A DNA stretch of 64,000 nucleotides from the human T2T-CHM13v2.0 reference genome, Homo sapiens. Position numbers and translations under genes: made by a program. Under the pieces are notes generated by a model. It saw only the letters and a program-made list of their open reading frames with translations. It was not told the origin of the DNA and ran no database searches. Shown here piece after piece: positions 54,985-64,000 of this stretch. Within the stretch, counting starts at the first letter, position 1. Every line of letters begins with the position of its first letter. Location of the stretch: assembly GCF_009914755.1 (NCBI RefSeq), contig NC_060925.1. One strand, 5' to 3'.

Positions 54985-56105
54985 ACATTGGATTTAGCTA
55001 TGATTTCTTGGATATGACACCAAAGCCACAGGAAATGTAAGAAAAAAACGTATAAATTGGACTTCATCACAACGAAAAACTTTTGTGCATCAAAGGACAC
55101 TATGAATAGAGTGAAAAGGCGACCCACAGAATGGTAGAAAATATTTGCAAATCACATATCTAATAAGGGCTTAATACCCAGAATATAAAAAGAACTCCTA
55201 CAACTCAACAAAAACCAAACAACCCAATACAAAATGGGCAAAAGAATCAAATAGACATTTTTCCAAAGAAGATATACAAATGGCCAATAAGCACATTGAA
55301 AAGATGCTTAACATCACCAATCTTTAGGAAAATGTGAAAGGAAACCAAAATGAGATACTATTTCACATTCATTAGGATGGCTATTATTTTAAAAAGAAGA
55401 AAATAGCAAGTGTTGGTGAGTATGTGGAGACTTTGGAAACCTTGTAAGCATTGCTGGTGGGAATATAAAGTGGTGCTGCCACTGTGGAAAGATGTATGGT
55501 GGTTCCTCAAAAACTAAAAATAGAATTACCATATGATCCAGCAATTCTATTTCTGGGTTGTATTCCCGGAGACTTAAATCATTATTTATACACCTGCATT
55601 CATTGTAGCACTATGCACAATAACAAAAGGTGGAAGCAACCCAAGTGTCCATCAATAGATGAATGGATAAACAAAATGTGGCACACACACACACATACAC
55701 ACAAATATACACACAATGGACTATTATTCAGCCCTGAAATGGAAGGAAATTTTGACATATGCAACAACATAAATGAATCTTGAAGACATTATGCTAAGTG
55801 AAATAAGTCAGACACAAAAAGACAAATGTTGTATAATTCCACTGACAGGAGGTACCTAGAGTAGTCAGATGAATAGAGACAGAAAGTAGAATGATGGTGA
55901 CCAGGAGGTAGGTGAGGGGAGAGAGGGAAGTTATTGTTTAATGGATGCAGACTTTCAGTTTGGGAAGATGGAAACGTTATGGAGGTATTGGTGGTGATGT
56001 TTATACAATGTGAATATACTTAATGCTACTAAAATGTACACTTAAAAAATGGTAACAGTGTTAAATTTTTATGTTCTGTATATTTAACCATAATAAAAAA
56101 ATTTA
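54985..56105 (+). mobile_element. L1MB-type LINE 3' fragment
   Basis: ORF2-end peptide in ORF 55484..55783 (KLKIELPYDPAI...WKQPKCPSIDEWINKMW) and an L1MB-like 3' UTR ending aataaaaaa. Confidence 0.9.
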
Positions 56106-56239
56106 AAATTTTCAATAACTCAAGAAAATACACACACAAAAAAAGTCTACCTGAATTAGTGTTGTCACTTTACTCTGTGTTCCCCTTGGTGGCAGGAGTA
56201 GCCATGCGGTAGAAGAATACCAATCTCAGCTTTCTGCAG

Positions 56240-56713
56240 TGTGCTGGATATTCTGTTTGCTCCTCCAGCTCCACTTTTGGTGCTTCTCTGCCCAGCTCAG
56301 ACTTCCAGTAGGGTGGACCAACAGGAGGCACTTGCAGGCGATCAGAAGGTGGGAAGAGAGAGAAATCAATATTTATTCCCCTGGGTCCCTCCTGCCAGGC
56401 TGTGGTTTGACAGTGGCTGTATTTCTACATCTAAGGCCACAGCATCCGTGAGTGGCCCCTCTTCCTGGGCTATATGGCTCTTGAATTCCAATAATTTCTC
56501 CCTTGCCAGTCAGGCTGAGAGGTGGGAACAGCATCCTAATTTTGCTAGTCCTGGTGCTTTGCCATCTCTTGTTATTTATCTTATCTCTACCCTTTGCAAT
56601 CTCTTGTTATTATCTTATCTCTTACATCTTCATAAATAGTGCATTCCTTAAATTCTCTTCAGTGACCCGTTTGAGTGTGCATGTGTTTCCTGTGGGAACC
56701 CAGACTGATATAC
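56240..56713 (+). mobile_element. ERVL LTR (LTR33-like)
   Basis: tattctgtttgctcctccagctccac...atatttattcccctgg...tgtttcctgtgggaacccagactgatata. Confidence 0.6.
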
Positions 56714-57764
56714 ATGGTATGTCCCACATCTGGTATAGCATTCTCTTATCGCTTATTCATGTATCATATATTTTTTTCATTCAACAATTTTTTTTTGCTA
56801 CTATATGCTGGGTACCACATTAAGTCCTAGCAATACAAAGATGCCTTTAATTAGGTCTCTGTTCTTGAGCTCAAAGTCAAGTTAGAAAAGACAGACAAGT
56901 AAGCACACTGTAAGTAGAGTGGCAAGTGCTATGATAGAGGCAAGAATGGAGTGCTCTGGAGCATAGAATAAGAGCATTAAAATCAGCTTTGGATAGGGGT
57001 CTTAGGAAAGGCCTTCTTGGGGAGATGATACTTACACTGCTCTACAGGGCAAGTAGAAACAGGTGGAAAGGCGGCCAAGGCCTTTCAGGGCAGCAAGAAG
57101 AGCGTGTGTCAAAGCAAAGAGGCACATCACTGTGACATCAGTTCTAGCCTTGGTTGGCAAGGTGGGCAGGGAGCAGACCACAAAGGCTCTTGAGTGCTCC
57201 AGGGAATCCTGTATATTCAGAAGGTCCAATGCCTGGTTTTACACATGGGAGCGATACCAGAACATTTGCCTTTAAAAACTCTCTTTGATCACACGGTGGA
57301 GAAAGGGATGGAAGAGGTCCAACTGGACAGGGAGAAGCTTAAGAGAGTTTATTGCAAAATGGTAGAGGTCCTCTTTTCTAAAGGGTAGGGACCTGTAGTT
57401 GGTTTGGCTAACTTAAAAAAATTGGTGAAAATGGATATTTATAAAAAGGATATTTAAAATATTTGCTTTAACTTAAAACATGTATATTTATCAAAATTTT
57501 GCTATATTATCTTTCTTGCATAAATCACACTCACAGTGGATTTTAGTACAATTGTAGCTACCTCTCAGATGTGTCCCTTAATTCATTAGTGGCACAAGAA
57601 GGAAAAAATCAGTAGTCATTAAGTCTCCATATTATTCCTTTAGCAGGTGCACCCTGTATTTTTTTTTAAAAAGTGTCACTATCCCCAAAAAACAGTGAGC
57701 TAGGGAAGAGATGGAAAAATATCAGGCACCCTACTGGTCTATTTGCTACTTTACCAAGAAATCG

Positions 57765-58116
<352 letters not shown>

Positions 58117-58452
58117 CTAACCAGAAAGCCTTTGCTTGCTTGGGCCCTTAGGTTTTGATAAGTAAGATCTAATTGGTACCAAGCTTCTAACTCAAGATTC
58201 AGATCAACAAACCCCTATGGAGTACTTCCTATAAGCAAAGTGAGTGGTAGAGAGAGACACTAGCAGGAAGGGTTGGTTTGGGGAGGAGATAATGAGCCCA
58301 GTGAGGGCATTTTGTATTGGTCTTGTTGGTAATGCCCAGTGGGCATTCACAATTTGAGTTTGGAGAGAAGATCTAGCTTGAGAAGTAGAGAGAGAGAGAG
58401 AAAGAGAGAGATGAGGGCCGGGGAATGTGCCCACATTAGGGAGATGGGGTGG

Positions 58453-58750
58453 TGTGACGGTTAATATTAGGTGTCAACTTGATTGGATTGAAGGATGCCG
58501 AGATAGCTGGTAAAGTATTGTTTCTGGATGTGACCATGAGGGTGTTGCCAGAGGACATTCACATTTGAGTCAGTAGACTGGGAGAGGAAGACCCACCCTC
58601 AGTGTTGGTTGGCATCATCCAATCGGCTGCCAGCGTGGCTAGAACAAAGCAGGCCGAAGAAGCTGGCTTGCTGAGTCTTCTGGCTTTCATCTTTCTCCAT
58701 GCTGGATGCTTCCTTCCATTCCTCCTGCCTTTGGGCATCAGACTTTTTTC
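58453..58750 (+). mobile_element. MLT2 (ERVL) LTR, truncated
   Basis: tgtgacggttaatattaggtgtcaacttgattggattgaaggatgc is the MLT2 5' end. Confidence 0.82.
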
Positions 58751-59847
58751 TCTCATGACTCATATCCAACCAAATCCCCAAGCCCATTTGATGCTCCACC
58801 CAAATATCCCTTGAATCCATCCCCAACCACCCACTGTCCAGGCCACCACCTCCTCTGATCTGGATACTGCGGCAGTTTCCTGATGTTCGTATTCTTTTCG
58901 CTTTGCCCCCCCGGCACAGTGTCTGGAACATTATAGAGACTCAAATATGCATTGCATGATGCAATCGTCAGGAAGGATGAACAAAGCCTGCTGGGCCAGT
59001 GACTAGTAGGGGAGAAGTTTCAGTAGAATGCTGAGGGCAAGTGTTAGAACTCAAGGGGTTCAGGATTGAGTGGTAATAAAGGAAATAGAAGCCTTTGGTG
59101 TAGACACATACAAAAAAGCAATAATTCTGACCAAAGGGAAATATCTAAGGCAGCAACTCGAGGGTGTGGAAGTGTTGAGGAGTCTTTTGTTTCACTTTTT
59201 TGGTAGCAGAGAGCAGATAATCCTTTAAGGAAGAGTATAAATTTAAGACGATTAAAAATGTAAAGGAATATAACATTCATACACGAATTGTTAGGGAATC
59301 AGTGGGAATGTATTTTAAGAATTACAACTGTGTGTTAGCTATCTATTATTGTGTAACAAATTACCACAAACTTAATTACTCAACACAATTTCACTGTCTC
59401 ACAGTTTCTGTGGGTCAAGGGTCTTAGCATAGCACTAGGAGCTGGTATCTTTTTAAAATTTCTTGGCTCTGTTTCTCCAACATTGGCTCCACTCTCAGAT
59501 CCCTTCCCTGTTGTCTTGAGATGGCTATTGGCCTGTCTAAGGCTACAAACTCTCAGGTTAGAATCCACCGAGAAGGAGGAATAAGCAATTGCCTTTATCC
59601 CAGAATTTTCAGCAAAGGTACTGAGATTCCCTTTATTTTGAACAGCTTAGATCACGTTGACCACCCTAGGCCAATCACTGTGTCCAAAGGAATGCGGGGC
59701 ACTCATTAGCTTCGGCACAGGTGTGTCCTTGACTCTTGGAACTGGGGAAGAACCCTACCTAAACTAAGAACACCAAGAGATGGGGAGTGCAGAGCAGGGC
59801 TTGATTGAGGAAGAAGGGGAGATGGATGCTGCAAAAACAAGGAATAG

Positions 59848-60241
<394 letters not shown>

Positions 60242-60624
60242 TTAACCCCCTTGCTTCATTCCTGATTTCAGTGAATTGTATCATCATCCAACCAATTGTC
60301 CATGCTGGGAAGCTGGGAATAATCCTAGGCTTCTCTTTCTCACCACTACATTCAGATAATCATCATCTCTTGGGTTTTACCTCTTACATACTCTTCCCCT
60401 CCCTTCCCGCTTCATTGCCTTATTTCAGATTCTTAACTGACCCATTTTACCATCTCTCCATTCTCTCTCTCTTAAAAAAAAATGTTGACTTGTGGCCGTA
60501 GAACGATGAATGTCCAAGGCCTATGGATAATTCTAATAGCCCACACACTTGGGCACCAACCCAACAGTGGGATCATGTGTTCACTAAGAGTGTATTTGTG
60601 ATCGGTCCCAAACCTGTTTATATT

Positions 60625-60925
60625 CTTTTTTTTCTTTCTTTTTTTTTGAGACGGAGCTTGCTCTGTTGCTAGGCTGGAGTGCAGTGGTGTGATCTGAGCT
60701 CACCGCAACCTCCACCTCCCGCGTTCAAGTGATTCTCCTGCTTCAGCCTCCCAAGTAGCCGGGATTACAGGCGCCCGCCACCACACCCGGCTAATTTTTG
60801 TATTTTTAGTAGAGACAGGGTTTCACCAAGTTGGCCAGGATGGTCTCGATCTCTTGACCTCGTGATCTGCCTGCCTCAGCCTCCCAAAGTGCTTGGATTA
60901 CAGGCGTGAGCTACCGCGCCTGGCC
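60625..60925 (-). mobile_element. AluSc-like element
   Basis: ggatggtctcgatctcttgacctcgtgatc. Confidence 0.93.
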
Positions 60926-62077
60926 CGTTTTTCTTGTAAGGTATAATTTAATTAAATATCCCATAAACCAATAAAATATGTATGTGAAGAGATAGTTTTT
61001 ATCTTTATGAAAGTCAAATTGAATTCTTTTCAAAGACTGGATGATTCAAATGTACTGAAGATAATTGCAGTTGCTACAGGTATAGCTGAGACAACTGTAA
61101 ACGGCTGAGGCAGTGGCTCACCCTAAGGTGCTGGCCTTCATTTTGGAATGTCAGAGCCAAAAATGACCTCAGATATGGTCTAATCCATCTCACTGAATTT
61201 ATGAAGGAATAAACCATAATCTAGAGAGATTTTTGCTAATTAGTTAAAACTCACATAAATGGATAAGGAATCAGAGGTTTTCTGGATACACATCACTTTT
61301 TCGCTGTGCTTCTTAGGAATAATTGCACATTGCGGAAACCTGCCCCTCTTTCTCTCTCTCTCCTCTAATCTGTCATCTTTAACCCTGGATCAGTCTTCTT
61401 ACCTTCTTTCTAGGCTCTCTTTCCCTGCTGCTTTATCAGAGGGCTTAGAAAATTAAAACTAGTGTTAACACTAGCTTAAGCCAAACATGAAGACCTTGGC
61501 AACATGAGCCTCCTTTCTATTCCACAAACATCCTAGATCCTTCTTATCTTTGGAGGACCTCTGCCCTTCCCATTTCTTCTCTTGAAATGCCCTCTTCTTC
61601 TTTTCAAATGTTTGCTCTTTCTAGTTCTTCATATCTCAGCACAAATGTCATGTCCTCAGAATAGTGCCCTCTTAGTCCCCATGAATCTGTAACATAATTG
61701 TAATCTGTCCTTCCTAGGATTTATCATACTCTGATAGTCCTTTGTTTATTTAGTCATTGTTCTCTCCCCCAACGAGAAGTTATACTCAGTGAAGGCATGA
61801 CCTTGTCTGTCTTGCTGGTTGTATTCTCAGGATCTATGACAGTGCCAACGGGTAGCAGTGAGTAAACAATAACGATAAGTGACAACTCTCCATCAGTCAA
61901 TAATTTAGAGATGAATCTGGTTGTACTATTAGTCATGATTATGTGTACACCCAAGATGCATTTTTTCTTATTTACTATGCAGCTTCTATCAATCTAATTT
62001 ATATTCCTCCCACTTTCCACCCTCCCATGCACAAATTCACCAACTCTCTAGTTCATGTTTTAAAAAAGTGACATTGC

Positions 62078-62083
62078 TTTATT
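62078..62083 (-). terminator. S100A11: S100A11 polyadenylation signal AATAAA
   Basis: tttatt on the plus strand, 125 nt beyond the TGA. Confidence 0.82.
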
Positions 62084-62207
62084 ACTATTGGCAGGTGGGG
62101 CCTGCATGAGGTGGTTAGTGTGCTCAGGGGATGGGTGGGCTGTGGAGATGATGACAGAAAGGCTGGAAGGAAAGGGGGTGGGTTTGAAGGCCAGGGCCAA
62201 GGGGTCC

Positions 62208-62369
62208 TCAGGTCCGCTTCTGGGAAGGGACAGCCTTGAGGAAGGAGTCATGGCAAGCCATAGCTAGGCCACCAATCAGATTAAGAAATTCTGAGAAATC
62301 TAGCTGACCATCACTGTTGGTGTCCAGTTTCTTCATCATGCGGTCAAGGACACCAGGGTCCTTCTGGTT
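62208..62369 (-). CDS. S100A11: S100A11 (calgizzarin) exon 3 coding part, aa 53-105
   Basis: Translates NQKDPGVLDRMMKKLDTNSDGQLDFSEFLNLIGGLAMACHDSFLKAVPSQKRT*; canonical EF-hand loop DTNSDGQLDFSE; acceptor CAG at 62370-62372. Confidence 0.99.
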   Translation of the reverse strand, partial: NQKDPGVLDRMMKKLDTNSDGQLDFSEFLNLIGGLAMACHDSFLKAVPSQKRT

Positions 62370-62774
62370 CTGCAGAGAAAATAATAATTACACCTTTTAT
62401 CGCATCTTCTAATGTGCTTTCAAATATGCTGCCACATTTTATTCTCACAGGAGTATAAGGTACAGGATAGGGATTATTAATATTCCCATTTGCCAGATGC
62501 AGAAACAGACTAAAAGAGGTGAAGTGACCTGCCTAAGGGGCAGACCTGGGGCTTGAACCAAAGGTTTTCCCACTCCTAGTCCAGGGCTCTTTCTATGATA
62601 TTAGGGGCTATTCAGTTTTGTAAAGCCAGTGGAACACTTCTTTCAAGTGTTGCATGCAACTCCAATAGATAAACTATATAAAAGTACAGCGGGTTCAGGT
62701 GGAAAAAGGCCACAGGCCCTGCCTAATCAGTCTCATCCTCCACTTGCCCAAGCTGCCAACACAGATACAGACTT

Positions 62775-62963
62775 AGAGCCACTGGTTACAAATGGCTATT
62801 TACATTTACATTTACATTAACTAATTTAGAAAGTCAGTCTGTTAGTCACACTAGCCACATTTCAAGCACTCAGCAGACACATGTGGCTGGTGGCTACCAT
62901 GTTGGATAGAGCAGATATAGAATGTATTTCCACCACTGCAGAAAGTTCTACTGGACAGGGCTG
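62775..62963 (+). mobile_element. MER3-like hAT-Charlie DNA transposon in S100A11 intron 2
   Basis: ctagccacatttcaagcactc...cacatgtggctggtggctacc...gcagaaagttctactggacagggctg. Confidence 0.7.
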
Positions 62964-63192
62964 CCATAGAACCTCTGGGGTAGAATAATGAAATTTGAAA
63001 ATAATTCCATTACGTCATATACCATTTCATATATCTCTCTTCCTAAATGGAAAAACTCCTGGCTTAGAGTGAGTTAAAATGAAGCAAGAGTGTGGGGTGT
63101 CAGTTGCTGCTCCTTCATTCCTGGCCATTCTGCCAGGGTCTTGTTTCATGTTGTGGGTAGTTTGGGGAAGTGGGGGAGACAGGGACCAGTAC

Positions 63193-63345
63193 CTTTGTGA
63201 AGGCAGCTAGTTCTGTATTCATGAAGCTTAGGAACTCTGTCTTGGAGAGAGTGTAGTTATAACCATCCTTTCCAGCATACTTCTGGAAGACAGCAATCAG
63301 GGACTCGATGCACCGCTCAGTCTCTGTAGGGCTGGAGATTTTTGC
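63193..63345 (-). CDS. S100A11: S100A11 exon 2, aa 2-52 (start ATG is in exon 1, outside the window)
   Basis: Translates AKISSPTETERCIESLIAVFQKYAGKDGYNYTLSKTEFLSFMNTELAAFTK; acceptor ttttttctccaaAG; donor GTACTG at 63187-63192. Confidence 0.98.
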
Positions 63346-64000
63346 CTTTGGAGAAAAAAAATTGCAGGGCTCAGACAAGGGAAGATGTCAAGGCTGGATA
63401 CTGGAGAAAACTCCAGGGACTCTTATTTCAGGTCAAAGCAGTTTCCTAAAAGACTGAGTCATTTTTTCAAGGGGCTGAGGGGTTCAAGACAACCACAAAA
63501 AGTCACACTCTGTGACCTTCCGTCCTACCCCTCGCCACATGTTTATTCCAGGTGAAATATATGGAAGGTAAATGTGGAGCATTGCTGGCACGTTTAAAAG
63601 CAGTAGACTGCCTAGATGAGAGTGACGGTGACAAGGTTTACTCATATTTTTAAAATGTGTGGATAAATACATGTGTAACTCTATATCCACAAATCCATAT
63701 GCACACCAAACATTGTCTATAGGTTAATAATTTCTTATTTTCCAAGAGTGTATGGAGGCTTTTGTGATTAATGAAATGTCAGTTCTTTTTAAAGCAATAC
63801 CGAATTCCTGGGACTCACACATTTCCTTAGAGAAAACTAAAAGCATAGCTATCATTGTGTATGCAGTGGGAGATAGAACTTTTTAGATGTTTGAAAATGG
63901 CTTTCATATTTAAGAGTTAGGAACCATTAATCTTAGATGTGAGGAAACGGACAGGAGAAGGGAATGGATATGGCAGAGCCAGCCCTGGAATCTGGGCCTC

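Noticed and set aside
55484-55783. L1 ORF2-like peptides here and at 38300..38629
   Set aside because: Short decayed fragments of old L1s; not functional.
63115-63378. 87-aa ORF as a stand-alone gene
   Set aside because: It is S100A11 exon 2 plus flanking intron.

Overview
Mammalian genomic DNA, almost certainly human chromosome 1q21.3 (S100 cluster), recognised from the translated exons. Main content: (1) the complete S100A10 (p11) gene on the minus strand, with non-coding exon 1 in a CpG island near 23.3 kb, coding exons at 15617-15748 and 12682-12843, and a poly(A) signal at 12453-12462; (2) exons 2 and 3 of its paralog S100A11 on the minus strand at the right end, with exon 1 outside the window; (3) between them, on the plus strand, an unprocessed, 3'-truncated NBPF duplication (matches my recollection of NBPF18P). 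Its splice sites are intact, its reading frame is broken, and it stops about 27 nt into the first large Olduvai/DUF1220 exon, 20 bp from a 36-bp AT-rich palindrome. The rest is about 20 Alus, L1/L2/MIR relics, Tigger DNA transposons, ERVL/ERV1/MaLR LTRs and microsatellites. Almost all entries in the ORF track are repeat-derived or chance ORFs. I see no CRISPR, rRNA, tRNA or prokaryote-type system. The best leads are: a possible divergent S100A10-promoter transcript that splices through a hairpin micro-exon flanked by inverted Alus and through the NBPF exons, possibly encoding a 75-aa coiled-coil-only peptide; an S100A10 5' leader that is fully open and in frame with the CDS; two Alus with the same 12-bp deletion bracketing the S100A10 coding exons; and several local duplications and palindromes that record rearrangement. 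Repeat subfamily names come from recalled consensus sequences, were not computed, and have approximate boundaries.
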